From: an uncultured delta proteobacterium
GTDB lineage: Bacteria > Desulfobacterota > Binatia > Binatales > Binataceae
Length of the DNA: 64,000 nucleotides
Assembly: GCA_963794325.1 (NCBI GenBank)
Contig: CAWCDG010000003.1
Span: 64,001-128,000, forward strand
Reading direction: 5' to 3'
Shown here: piece after piece, positions 21,564-31,316 of the stretch
How positions within the stretch are numbered: the stretch's first letter is position 1
How the letters are laid out: each line of letters starts with the position of its first letter
The notes under the pieces: generated by a model
Databases searched by the model: none
The model's input: the letters and a program-made list of their open reading frames with translations, nothing else
Told to the model about the DNA's origin: nothing
Position numbers and translations under genes: made by a program

Positions 21564-22367
21564 ATGACCGTAAAGAAACGTATCTCGCGCATCGTTGGGC
21601 TTACGGCAGATATAGTTAGAACTGCTGAAACCGCTTCCAATGAGCGTGAACCCTCTGCTGCCACCACTCAGGATGAAATTGCTCGTCTCTGGGAGAGGGA
21701 CTACGGATATTCACTCCGGAGCAGCCTGAGCCGGGCGGAAGTGCGCGAGATCGTGCGCGAGGCGAAGCGCGCCGCGTGGCCTCATCTGAATGACGAGGCA
21801 GTCCGCCTCGGCTCAATGAAACAATTCGCCGAGCGCGCATCTTCCCTTGGCGCCGATTTTCGAATCGCCAGGATGCCGTGGCCGTCAGGCCTCGCTGTGT
21901 TCGGTTTCTACCTGGGCAAAGACTCCGGTTTGGAAAAGCGCCCGCTCATCTGCTTGAACGGCGCGCATCATCCGGCCGCGGTCGCAACCGCCTTCCTACA
22001 CGAAGTAGGGCATCACATTACCGCTGAAATCTTTTCCACCCGCAACGAATTGGTCCAGCTCTCGCGCCAGACCGGATACGAGTCGCATCTGAACAATCCT
22101 CGCGAGCTCGCCGCCGACGTGCTGGTGAGCCTCGGGATCAATCCGCGCAATATCGCTGACAAATTATTCGGGGCACCGCGGGACCGAAGATTCCCTGTCA
22201 GTGAAGCCGTAAAATCACGCCCAGCCGCGAAGGCCGTCCTCGACACTGCGCGCCGTTATGGCCTCGATTTCGAAAGATTGCCCCTCCAGAAGAGATACCA
22301 ATATCAGGCCGGGCTGATTCATTTCACCAGGTTGCGGGAGGCACTGCTCGAGGAGTACGGATTGTAG
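21564..22367 (+). CDS. ImmA/IrrE-like zinc metallopeptidase
   Basis: PLICLN..AFLHEVGHH..ELAAD (HExxH plus downstream E). TATAAT at 21534. Confidence 0.75.
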   Translation: MTVKKRISRIVGLTADIVRTAETASNEREPSAATTQDEIARLWERDYGYSLRSSLSRAEVREIVREAKRAAWPHLNDEAVRLGSMKQFAERASSLGADFRIARMPWPSGLAVFGFYLGKDSGLEKRPLICLNGAHHPAAVATAFLHEVGHHITAEIFSTRNELVQLSRQTGYESHLNNPRELAADVLVSLGINPRNIADKLFGAPRDRRFPVSEAVKSRPAAKAVLDTARRYGLDFERLPLQKRYQYQAGLIHFTRLREALLEEYGL

Positions 22368-22579
22368 TGCGCATTTGGGCATGCGTCCGCCCCCCATCAG
22401 CACCTTCTGACAGAGCAAAGTCCGCATCTCGCGGTGGCGTCTATTTTCTTAAACTACTGTGCAGCACCCCGTCCTGAACGGAGCCGAAGGAGGTTTTTCC
22501 TGCTCAACCAAAGCAGGCGCAAAATGAAACCCGCTGTGGGTTTCATATAACAAATTGATTCCTCCCACTTCTTCAATAG

Positions 22580-22921
22580 CTATCTTTTTGAACTTGTCAA
22601 TCCCAACGCCGTGCGCAACTTGCCCTTGAGCAGCAAAATTAGCTTGTCTTCCCAGCAAACGTAATTGTCGGGTACGTCGAGCACCACGACTTTTTCCGCG
22701 TGCACCTCGCCGAATCGCTCGCGAATATGTCGGCGATGCGCCTCCTCCATCACGCAAATCACGTCCGCTTCTTCGACCAGCTCGATGCTCACCTGATTCT
22801 TGGCCCACGGCTCCGTCCCCGCCGAGGTAACCCACATCGGCGCACACATCTCCGCCAACACCATCGCCGCCGTCGGACTGCGATCCATATTCCCGGTACA
22901 AACCATCAACACTTTTTTCAT
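22580..22921 (-). CDS. Low-molecular-weight protein tyrosine phosphatase family
   Basis: VCTGNMDRS CX5R motif, SAGT and LDVPD. Confidence 0.88.
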   Translation of the reverse strand: MKKVLMVCTGNMDRSPTAAMVLAEMCAPMWVTSAGTEPWAKNQVSIELVEEADVICVMEEAHRRHIRERFGEVHAEKVVVLDVPDNYVCWEDKLILLLKGKLRTALGLTSSKR

Positions 22922-22988
22922 GTCGATTTTATTTCTCTAAGTTCAGTGAAAGAATCTGCGAACTGAATTGAGCGCAGCAAATCCTCCA

Positions 22989-23089
22989 GTTCCCCTTCCC
23001 ACGATCGGAAGGGGCTAGGGTTAGGACGCACGCCGCAACCTCCCCGCTCCGGTTCCCCTTCCCACTATGGGAAGGGGTTAGGGGTTAGG
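22989..23089 (-). repeat. REP-like family A, two copies
   Basis: GTTCCCCTTCCC-N-GGGAAGGGGTTAGGGGTTAGG. Also at 24635-24674, 25537-25576, 29997-30118, 31038-31286 and 42121-42250. Confidence 0.9.
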
Positions 23090-23129
23090 TCGCAAGCATC
23101 AAGCACAAAATCCCGTGACGTACAAAACG

Positions 23130-24452
23130 CTACGCCAACCCCAATTCCTTCAGCGGTCCCCTATCCGACACCGCGCCGCGCGCGACTCCCGCCCTCAACT
23201 TGATCGATCCCGGCGCGCGCTCGAATGCGTCCAGCAGCCCGATCGACTTCGCATGCTCCTTCAGCACTGGAATTATTTCCTGCGCGATCAACCGCATGCT
23301 CGTCTGCCGATCCTCATTCGACACCGGCCCTTGCACGCTGAATATCACCAGCGACCCCGGCCGCAGCACCGTCAGGATCGCCTTGAGCTTCGGGATGACC
23401 GACTTGGGCGTGCCGATTACCAGCTGGATCGCCTTCTGCGCCTTCTGATATCCGGGAATCAGCTTCGCTCTGACAGCCGCGGGATCGATCTCGACGTCCT
23501 CGCCCTGTTGGCGCATCTTGTCGCCGCTTATTCCGAGCCAGCTGCCCTGCGGCTGATGCGCCAGTTTTCGAATCGCCTCTTTCGAGTTGTATCCCGGCGG
23601 CAGCGTATGCTCGACGCGTGCGAATGAGTTCTGCCCGCCTCCGAACAGAAAATTCTTGCCCAGCTCCTGCGCCCGGTCTTCGGTCTCGGCGACGAACGTC
23701 GGCAGCACGTAGCCGAAATTTTCCGATCCCGCTTCGTATCCGTGCTTGGCCGCCTCATCGGCATAGAAGTCCCACAAGTCGCAAGTCGGCCCCAGCGACG
23801 TGCCCAATCCAAAATATGGATAGGCCTTTTCCGCGCACCATCGGACCGTCTCCGGACTGAGCGTTCCCGGAATCCACATCGGCGGATGCGGTTTCTGATA
23901 GGGCAGGGCCCACGGATTCACGTGACGATAATGAAAATGCTTGCCCTCGTAGCGCCAGGGCCCCGGCCGCGTCCATGCCTGTATGATAAAATCGTGCGCC
24001 TCTTCGAAATATTCGCGGTTGTACGACGGATTCGCATTGTTGAAGAATTGCTCGCTGCCCGCGCCGCGCACCCATCCCGAGATCAACCGCCCGCGCGAAA
24101 TAAGATCGATCTCCGCCAGCTCCTCGGCCATCCGCAGCGGATGCTTAATCACTGGCAGCGGATTCCCAATCAGCAAAATCCTCGCCTTCTTGGTCAGCCG
24201 CGCCAGGATTCCCGCCTCGACGTTCATCACGCTCCCCATGCAGAAGGGATTCCCATGATGCTCATTCAGCGCGACGATATCGAACCCGAGTTCCTCGGCA
24301 TAAAGATTCTCGTCGATATAGTAATTGTAATCTTCAGCGGCCCGCTCCCGATCGAAGTAGCTATTCGACACCGCGAAATGCCCCCCATTTCGCAATATCA
24401 CTTCCTCAGGAATCCATCGCACCGGCCGCTCCGTGAAATATCCAATTTGCAT
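23130..24452 (-). CDS. LLM-class flavin-dependent monooxygenase
   Basis: AEELGFD..NEHH, HPLRMAEE..D.ISRGRL and PYQKPHPP. Confidence 0.92.
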   Translation of the reverse strand: MQIGYFTERPVRWIPEEVILRNGGHFAVSNSYFDRERAAEDYNYYIDENLYAEELGFDIVALNEHHGNPFCMGSVMNVEAGILARLTKKARILLIGNPLPVIKHPLRMAEELAEIDLISRGRLISGWVRGAGSEQFFNNANPSYNREYFEEAHDFIIQAWTRPGPWRYEGKHFHYRHVNPWALPYQKPHPPMWIPGTLSPETVRWCAEKAYPYFGLGTSLGPTCDLWDFYADEAAKHGYEAGSENFGYVLPTFVAETEDRAQELGKNFLFGGGQNSFARVEHTLPPGYNSKEAIRKLAHQPQGSWLGISGDKMRQQGEDVEIDPAAVRAKLIPGYQKAQKAIQLVIGTPKSVIPKLKAILTVLRPGSLVIFSVQGPVSNEDRQTSMRLIAQEIIPVLKEHAKSIGLLDAFERAPGSIKLRAGVARGAVSDRGPLKELGLA

Positions 24453-24675
24453 AGTGACTCCTGAATAACTATTCGCAACGCAACTGAGATCTTTAAATTA
24501 CCCGGCCCGCTCCTTCTTCCCCTCTCCCGTCGGGAGAGGATTTCAGGAGAGGGACTTTATACAGCGCGCCTTTCTGCGCGCGATTCAAGATTCTGCTTCT
24601 GCCCAAATACGTCGCTCCAAAGTCCCAATAATCCGGTCCCCCTTCCCGCTCGGGAAGGGGTTAGGGGTTAGGTTC

Positions 24676-25461
24676 CTACTCACTCAAAAACCGACTGACT
24701 ATCTTCACAAACTCCTCCGAGTTTTCAATTTCAGGCCGATGCCCGACACTTTCAATCGTCGCAACCTTCGCCCCCGGTATCGCCTTCTTGTATTCATCGA
24801 TACATCCACGAGGCACGACTCGATCGCGCGTCCCCCACACCAACAGCGTCGGCGTCCTGGTCCCGCGCAGCAAATACGGCAGCGCCGGATTATGCATGTA
24901 CGGCTCCCACCCGATTCGCGCGGTCTCCGCCCGCGCATCCTCGAACGCCTCGAACTGCTCCGGCGTCATCTCACCGCCATAGAGTTTGAGGAACTCCGGC
25001 GTGCTATGCGGATCAGCGACGGTCGCCCGCAGATGCGTCCGCATGGTGATCGGAAAAATATCCATAATCTCACCCTCTGAGGGTTTAATCCCCATCGGCG
25101 CGACCAGGATCATCTTCGAAAAAATCCGCGGATCGGCCGCAACCATCTCGGCCGCAATATACCCTCCCGCCGAATACCCAATCACATCAACCGGATCGAG
25201 CTTCAGCTCCCGCACCACCTGCGAATAAAACCCCGCAAGATCGCGATAGGTCCGCACCCACTCAATCTTCGGTGTCCTCCCAAACCCCGGCTGCAACGGA
25301 ATGAACAACGTCCGCTCATGCGCAATCGTCTCATTCCAGGTCATCCACCCCGGATACCCAAGCTCATCATGAAAAATCAGGACAGGCTTCCCCGTCCCCG
25401 CCTTGAGCATGACTAGCTTCTCGCCCGCAATATTGACGGTCTCTTCGGACGTCTTGATCAC
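24676..25461 (-). CDS. Alpha/beta-fold hydrolase
   Basis: GYSAGG elbow, WGTRDRVVP and GH. Confidence 0.88.
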   Translation of the reverse strand: MIKTSEETVNIAGEKLVMLKAGTGKPVLIFHDELGYPGWMTWNETIAHERTLFIPLQPGFGRTPKIEWVRTYRDLAGFYSQVVRELKLDPVDVIGYSAGGYIAAEMVAADPRIFSKMILVAPMGIKPSEGEIMDIFPITMRTHLRATVADPHSTPEFLKLYGGEMTPEQFEAFEDARAETARIGWEPYMHNPALPYLLRGTRTPTLLVWGTRDRVVPRGCIDEYKKAIPGAKVATIESVGHRPEIENSEEFVKIVSRFLSE

Positions 25462-26018
25462 AACATCTCTCCTAAGAAACTAACTTCACCAAGGCTTGTC
25501 GTTTTCAATGCAGATCGCGCCCGATCCTCTAAGTCCGGTTCCCCTTCCCGCTCGGGAAGGGGTTAGGGGTTAGGTTGCATGGGTCATTCGCCCGACTTGA
25601 GCCACCCTATTCAAAATCGAATACCTCACCCACCATTCCCAGCACAAACCCCAACTCGGCTGACTCTTCTCCAGCCAATAGTCACTCCTGATCAACCCCA
25701 TCGCCGATCACCCATTTCTAATCCCGAGCGAAGCGAGTCTTCGCCTCGCCCTACGAGGGGAGAGGGAATTGGAGCGCGGAATGCGCGCGTATTCGCGACA
25801 CGGAGCGAGGTCTTAACACTAAAACGACTCATTCCCGGAAGAAGGTATGAAGAAGGTATATTGATCGTAAAGCTCTTCTGACGGCGTTCCGGGTAGTTTT
25901 TTGCTCTGGACTACGCGCAATGTCATTCTGTCATTATGGATGTTCGCCACTGCAGCGAGCGTTGTCGGCTTGATCGGAACTCCATCATCTGGCATTGGCG
26001 GGCCGCGAAACCTACCAG

Positions 26019-27611
26019 CTATCGATATACGGATACTTCTTCCCGCTCCGCGGCTCCGGCCGCTGCACTCGATCTCAATCCCGCCGCAATCCACCTCCTC
26101 GATTCCGCCGGATCGATCACGTCATCAACCCCGAAATGCGACGCATTGTTAATCGCCTTCCCGCGCTGATACATCGTCGCGACCATCTCATCGAATCGCT
26201 TCTTGCGCGCCGCCGGCTCCGCAATCGCCGCCAGCTCATTGCGATACCCAAGCTTCACCGCGCCCTCGAGTCCCATCGGCCCGAACTCACCCGTCGGCCA
26301 CGCCACCGTGAACATCGGCGCATCGTAACTCCCGCCAGCCATCGCAATCCCGCCGAGTCCATATGCCTTGCGCAGCACGATCGTGAAAAACGGCACCGTC
26401 GCATTCGCCGCCGTAAGAAACATCCGCGACGAATGCCGCACCAGCGCGGTCTTCTCGATTTCGGGCCCAACCATGATTCCCGGCGTGTCGCACAAAAACA
26501 AAATCGGCACGTCGAACGCATCGCACAACTGGATAAACCGCGCGCCCTTGTCCGCGCCGTCACTGTCAATCGCGCCCGCCAGATGCTTCGGATTATTCGC
26601 GACGACGCCGAACGGATGCCCCTCGATTCTCACAAACGCCGCGATCATCGTCAGCCCGAAGTCGCGCCGAATCTCGAGCACCGACCCCGTGTCAGCCATC
26701 GTCTCGATCACGTCGCGCACGTCGTAAACCCGTAGTCGATTCTCCGGAATGATATTTCGCAGTATGCGTTGATCCGCACAGCTCCATTCCTTCACCGCGC
26801 CCTGAAAGTACGACAGATATTTCCTCGCGACCTTCACCGCCTCCGCCTCGTCCTCGACCGCGATATCCACGACCCCGTTCGGCACCTGCACTTCCATCGG
26901 CCCGATTTCCTCGGGACGAAAGATGCCGAGCCCGCCGCCTTCGATCATCGCCGGCCCGCCCATCCCGATATTCGATCGCTTGGTCGCGATCACGACGTCG
27001 CAGCATCCCAGCAACGACGCGTTGCCCGCATAGCACCGCCCCGACGTGATTCCGACCAGCGGCACCAGCCCGCTCAGCTTCGGAAAATCATGAAACGATC
27101 GCGAATTTTGAAAACCGCCGTCAGTATCTCCCGGACGCCCGCCGCCGCCTTCCGCGAACAGCACCAGCGGCAATCGCAGTTCGCGCGCAATCTGGAACAT
27201 CCGATCTTTCTTGCGATGGTTCTGATGCCCCTGCGTCCCGGCCAGCACCGTGTAGTCGTACGACATCACGACGCATCGCGACCGCTCCGCGCCGAACAGA
27301 TTTCCATTGACCGTCGCGAGCCCGGTGACCAGCCCGTCCGCCGGCGTATTCTTGATCAGGTCCTCAATCGTGCGACGCCTTCGCTGCGCCGCTACGACGA
27401 TCGGCCCGTACTCGACGAACGTCCCCGCGTCGCACAAATCCTCGATATTCTCGCGCGCCGTCCGCTGCCCCGTCTTCCTCCGACGCGCCACCGCGTCAGG
27501 CCGCGCCGCATCGAGCCCAACCTCATGCCGCCCGATCACCTCCGCAAGGTCAGCCCGCACAATCTCGATATCTTTATTTCGTGATGCCACGTTTGGTGGA
27601 TAATACTTCAA
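26019..27611 (-). CDS. Acyl-CoA carboxylase carboxyltransferase domain (probably 5'-truncated)
   Basis: YDYTVLAGTQG, AEGGGGRPGD, DTPGIMVG and RKAYG. Weak TTG start. Confidence 0.85.
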   Translation of the reverse strand: MKYYPPNVASRNKDIEIVRADLAEVIGRHEVGLDAARPDAVARRRKTGQRTARENIEDLCDAGTFVEYGPIVVAAQRRRRTIEDLIKNTPADGLVTGLATVNGNLFGAERSRCVVMSYDYTVLAGTQGHQNHRKKDRMFQIARELRLPLVLFAEGGGGRPGDTDGGFQNSRSFHDFPKLSGLVPLVGITSGRCYAGNASLLGCCDVVIATKRSNIGMGGPAMIEGGGLGIFRPEEIGPMEVQVPNGVVDIAVEDEAEAVKVARKYLSYFQGAVKEWSCADQRILRNIIPENRLRVYDVRDVIETMADTGSVLEIRRDFGLTMIAAFVRIEGHPFGVVANNPKHLAGAIDSDGADKGARFIQLCDAFDVPILFLCDTPGIMVGPEIEKTALVRHSSRMFLTAANATVPFFTIVLRKAYGLGGIAMAGGSYDAPMFTVAWPTGEFGPMGLEGAVKLGYRNELAAIAEPAARKKRFDEMVATMYQRGKAINNASHFGVDDVIDPAESRRWIAAGLRSSAAAGAAEREEVSVYR

Positions 27612-27613
27612 AA

Positions 27614-27682
27614 TCCGCGCGCGACAACGGAGCGCGGCCTTAATACTGAAAAAAACGGAGCGCGGCCTTAATACTGAAAAAA
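27614..27682 (+). repeat. 28-bp tandem repeat; a 42-bp copy recurs at 31091-31132
   Basis: AACGGAGCGCGGCCTTAATACTGAAAAA occurs twice. Confidence 0.9.
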
Positions 27683-27683
27683 T

Positions 27684-28346
27684 TCACACGCATCCCCCGA
27701 CCCAGACCACCCGCCCGATTATCTTCACGCTCGGCACCACCATCGATTCGTATTTCGGATTGTCGCTGCGCACCAAAATCTTCCCGTCTGGCCGCCGCTG
27801 GATTCGTTTCACCGTCAGCCCCCCGTCATGCCGCAGCAGGTAGATTCCGTCCTGCCGAAAGCGCGGCTCCGCGAGATCAGCCAGAATCAAATCCGAGTCC
27901 TCAACCGTCGGCGCCATCGAATCGCCAACCACCTCGATCAGAATCAAATCGCGCGGGTCCGCGCGCAGCACCCGCTTCACCCAGTCCGCGCGAAACGCCA
28001 CCGAATCCACCACCTGCTCGCTGCGCATGATCCCCTCGCGCCCAGCCGAGAATCGAATCCGGCTGCGCGGCATGAAAATAAAATCCCCATGCTCGACCGC
28101 CCGCGCGACCGCCTGCCCGCTATGCGATATCTCCTCGCCCGTCGCCAGCCATTCCACCGACACCCGCGCAGCTCGCGCCAGCGCCACCAGGTTCGCCACG
28201 CTCGGCTGTCCCCGCCCCGCTAGCCATTTGTAAATTGCGTTGTCGGATACCCCGACCGCGGTCGCCAGCGCGACTACCGATCCAAAGGACTGAATCACTT
28301 GCGTCAGCCGCGAGCGAAATGCGGCGTCAACCACTGTAGTTGACAT
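27684..28346 (-). CDS. CI/LexA-like repressor (HTH plus S24 peptidase)
   Basis: HTH ..VSVEWLATG, GDSMAP (Ser), VKRI (Lys), IIGRVVW. SD AGGAG. Confidence 0.92.
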   Translation of the reverse strand: MSTTVVDAAFRSRLTQVIQSFGSVVALATAVGVSDNAIYKWLAGRGQPSVANLVALARAARVSVEWLATGEEISHSGQAVARAVEHGDFIFMPRSRIRFSAGREGIMRSEQVVDSVAFRADWVKRVLRADPRDLILIEVVGDSMAPTVEDSDLILADLAEPRFRQDGIYLLRHDGGLTVKRIQRRPDGKILVRSDNPKYESMVVPSVKIIGRVVWVGGCV

Positions 28347-28622
28347 AAATCTCCTAATGTGAAATAAGATTCTTAAAGCGCATGTTCCCGCCTCAAGCAA
28401 ACCGCTCTCAAGTTAAACGCCGGCCTCCCCCGCCGCATGCCTACCTCGATGCGCGCCTCCCCCGCACCTCTCCGCGACTACACATCTTTAGCTCAGTTCG
28501 CCACCTTGTGCCCGCCACGCCCCGGATTTCTCTCCTTAGCCCCGTCGTTCTTTCCGATCTGCTCCGATCGTTTTCATCATCGACGCACCACCGGTTTCCC
28601 ACCCAACTCGCGCGGAGGATTT

Positions 28623-28847
28623 ATGGAACCCGCGATCTCTCCGGTTCGTCCCAGTAGTAGTTCTGGCCGCCTGGTCTCCTGTCTGTGGTGTCATGGGGAC
28701 ACCACCCAAGCCGAGATCATTCGCAACCACGGTCTGTGTCCAGGCTGCGTTCACGACAATGTCGAGCTCAGTTGGCGGGTGATTTACGATCGCGATCGCA
28801 AAATCGGCGCGGTGCCGGCCAATCTTCGGGTTGCGTACGGGTTATGA
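28623..28847 (+). CDS. Small zinc-finger protein
   Basis: SD GGAGG, CLWC and CPGC. ATGA-coupled to the next gene. Confidence 0.65.
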   Translation: MEPAISPVRPSSSSGRLVSCLWCHGDTTQAEIIRNHGLCPGCVHDNVELSWRVIYDRDRKIGAVPANLRVAYGL

Positions 28848-29341
28848 ACGTCGCGGCCAATCGGATGCCCGCGCTCGGGCGCGCGATGTCGCCGGAGCCG
28901 CGTTTCAATCCGTTCGTGGTCGCGATGCGCCACACGCTTTACGATCAGATCGGCGATTCAATCGGCGCCGACGCGGCCGACCGGCTGATCGCCGACTTCG
29001 GCGGGCGTCGATTGTATATCCCGATCGCGCCTGCGCGCGGCGATTTGATCACGCGCTCGATTGGATTGCTCGCGGCGCTCACGATGGCGCGAGCATTCGG
29101 CGGCGACCGCATCCTGATTCCGGCCACTTGCAGTCATGCGCGCCGCCGCGCGCGCATCGTGATGCTGCGCGCTGAAAACGTCAGCATCTCGCACATCGCA
29201 CGCGAGCTCCGATGCACCGAGCGCTACGTTTACAAAGTCCTCGCCCTATGCCGCGCCGCCAAACCCTCTGATTCCCCCTCAAAAACGTCCGCGCCGATCG
29301 CAGAGCGATTGAGACGTGGACATATCAACCGCCGCTCCTGA
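28844..29341 (+). CDS. Mor/C-like phage transcription activator
   Basis: FGGRRLYIP and FGGDRILIP, with C-terminal HTH SISHIARELRCTERYVYKVL. Confidence 0.75.
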   Translation: MNVAANRMPALGRAMSPEPRFNPFVVAMRHTLYDQIGDSIGADAADRLIADFGGRRLYIPIAPARGDLITRSIGLLAALTMARAFGGDRILIPATCSHARRRARIVMLRAENVSISHIARELRCTERYVYKVLALCRAAKPSDSPSKTSAPIAERLRRGHINRRS

Positions 29342-29430
29342 CCCTCTCCCAGTGGGGCGGGCCGCCGTGCCCGCCCTCCGCTGTCGCCAGCTTTTCACGC
29401 CCGAGCCAGAGGCCGCATAGACACTGAAAA

Positions 29431-29688
29431 ATGAAAAAAGCCTTCTACAAATCCAAAGCATTCTACGGATGCGTCAGCACGATCGTTTTGATCGTCGGCG
29501 ACATGGCAGCCAACGGCGCGACGCTCGGCAACATGACGGCGCTGATGACGGCGGGGTTTGCGCTCTACGGCCGTATCGTCGCGACCGCGCCGCTCGCGAT
29601 CAGCGACCAATCCGAGGCTGACGTCGAGGAGGCAAAGGCAGATGTACGCAAAAGCAAAGTTGCGGTTGACGCTGACCATGGGAATTAG
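29431..29688 (+). CDS. Putative holin-like membrane protein
   Basis: KAFYKSKAFY start, two hydrophobic segments ending LYGRIVA, and a charged tail. Confidence 0.55.
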   Translation: MKKAFYKSKAFYGCVSTIVLIVGDMAANGATLGNMTALMTAGFALYGRIVATAPLAISDQSEADVEEAKADVRKSKVAVDADHGN

Positions 29689-29983
29689 CGTGTTAGCCGC
29701 GGGATGCGCGCCGACTTTCGAGTCGCATATCGACTCGCCGCCGGCAATATCACCTCAGATCGCGACGCAATGCACGTCCACTGAAAAACTGGCGGCGCTG
29801 GATCCCAAACCGCAATTACCGGATGCGGATCAATCGCCATGTCCCGATGGAAGTGGATTGGCCGCATGTTTCACGCATGACCAGGACGCGATACGCCAGA
29901 ATCGTTTCAAGATTCTTCACGACGATCGCGACTACTGCCGCGACGCGTATGAGAGGGCGGTGAAACATGTTGCGGGGGATTGA
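29642..29983 (+). CDS. Lipoprotein (o-spanin-like position)
   Basis: MYAKAKLRLTLTMGISVLAAGC lipobox, Pro/Cys-rich, overlaps the holin-like gene. Confidence 0.6.
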   Translation: MYAKAKLRLTLTMGISVLAAGCAPTFESHIDSPPAISPQIATQCTSTEKLAALDPKPQLPDADQSPCPDGSGLAACFTHDQDAIRQNRFKILHDDRDYCRDAYERAVKHVAGD

Positions 29984-30434
29984 GGTGGAGGCGAAGAACC
30001 TAACCCCTAACCCCTTCCCTCGAGGGAAGGGGAACAATCGCGGGCACGGCGGCCCGCGCCACTGGTTCCGATCTATCCGGTTCCCCTTCCCGTGCGGGAA
30101 GGGGTTAGGGGTTAGGTTCCTCTATTCCACCGCAATCCTGATCTCGATCCTCCCCTTCGCCGCATCGTGCTCCCAGGTCCACGAAAAAATGTTCACCCTC
30201 GATTGTGCCATCGGGCGCGCGCCGCTCGCGGGCGAGCTGGCGCCGGGCACCGCGATGGCGCTGGACGTCTCGACCAGCCCGATCCCGCTGCTCTCGCCGT
30301 CGCATCGCGCGATCGCGCGATGCGACAGCGCCGGCGTCGTCACGATGGATATCGAAACCCCAATCGACACCGGCCTGAGCCAGCTATCGACGCCCTTAAG
30401 CACTGCCGCCGCCCACATAACTTATGTGCCATGA
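29967..30434 (+). CDS. Putative lipoprotein with an in-frame REP doublet in its N-region
   Basis: Reads through repeats 29997-30118 into ILISILPFAASC. Confidence 0.5.
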   Translation: MLRGIEVEAKNLTPNPFPRGKGNNRGHGGPRHWFRSIRFPFPCGKGLGVRFLYSTAILISILPFAASCSQVHEKMFTLDCAIGRAPLAGELAPGTAMALDVSTSPIPLLSPSHRAIARCDSAGVVTMDIETPIDTGLSQLSTPLSTAAAHITYVP

Positions 30435-30573
30435 AAACAAAAAGCGGAGGCAGAATCTTGAATCGCGCGCGAAAGATGCGCGCTGGACAAGGTCCCTCTC
30501 CTTAAATCCTCTCCCGACGGGAGAGGGGAAGAACAGAAACAAAACGCCCGCGCATCTAAAAGGTGACACTCAC

Positions 30574-31018
30574 ATGAGTTCAAAGATCCGAAACGTTCTA
30601 GTAGGACGCAATTTATTGCGTCGTCTGACTTTCTGCGCCCTCGCTCTCGTCTCTCTCTGCATGCGCCCAGCAAGGCGGCGGCCTCCTGCAGCCGACTCCG
30701 AAACAGATCATCAGCGGCAAAAACACAATCGTGCCCAGCGCCGCCGCGCTAAGCATGGAGGCGACCAACTTCTGCAACGCACAAGCACAGGTCGATTACG
30801 CGGGCCTGGTCCTATACTGCGAAGGTAAGACTCCCGCGCTGCCGCTATCGATTAACACCACCTATCAGACCGAGAGCAATCAGTTCTCATGCCAGGTGTA
30901 CGGCTACACCAATTCGAGCAATCAGTTAATCGTCCCGCAGACGGTGACGCTGGGTAACTGTCCGATTGGCACAGCGCCCGCACCTGTGACGGCTCCATCA
31001 GGAGCGGTGAAGAGTTAG
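30574..31018 (+). pseudogene. Lipoprotein frameshifted at a (CT)n run near 30655
   Basis: Adding one CT unit gives ..LALVSLSAC-AQQGGG.. continuous with ORF 30731-31018. Confidence 0.55.
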
Positions 31019-31316
31019 GTGAGTAATGGCATATAGCAACCTAACCCCTAACCCCTTCCCTCGAGGGAAGGGGAACAATCGCGCACGAGGTCCGCGCGCG
31101 AGAACGGAACGCGTCCTTAATACTGAAAAAAAGGGGTCACCCCCAACCATCCGGTTCCCCTTCCCGCTCGGGAAGGGGTTAGGGGTTAGGTTCCACTATT
31201 CAACCGCAATCCTAATCTTCGGGAGGGGGTTAAGCTTCCTGCGATTGTTCCCCTTCCCTCGAGGGAAGGGGTTAGGGGTTAGGTTCCTCAAGCCTGAAAC
31301 TCCAGGAGCGATCTGA

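Noticed and set aside
27614-27682. Mini CRISPR array
   Set aside because: Two adjacent units with no spacer, and no cas genes in the window.
31026-31316. 96-aa protein-coding gene
   Set aside because: Composed almost entirely of translated REP copies; probably spurious.
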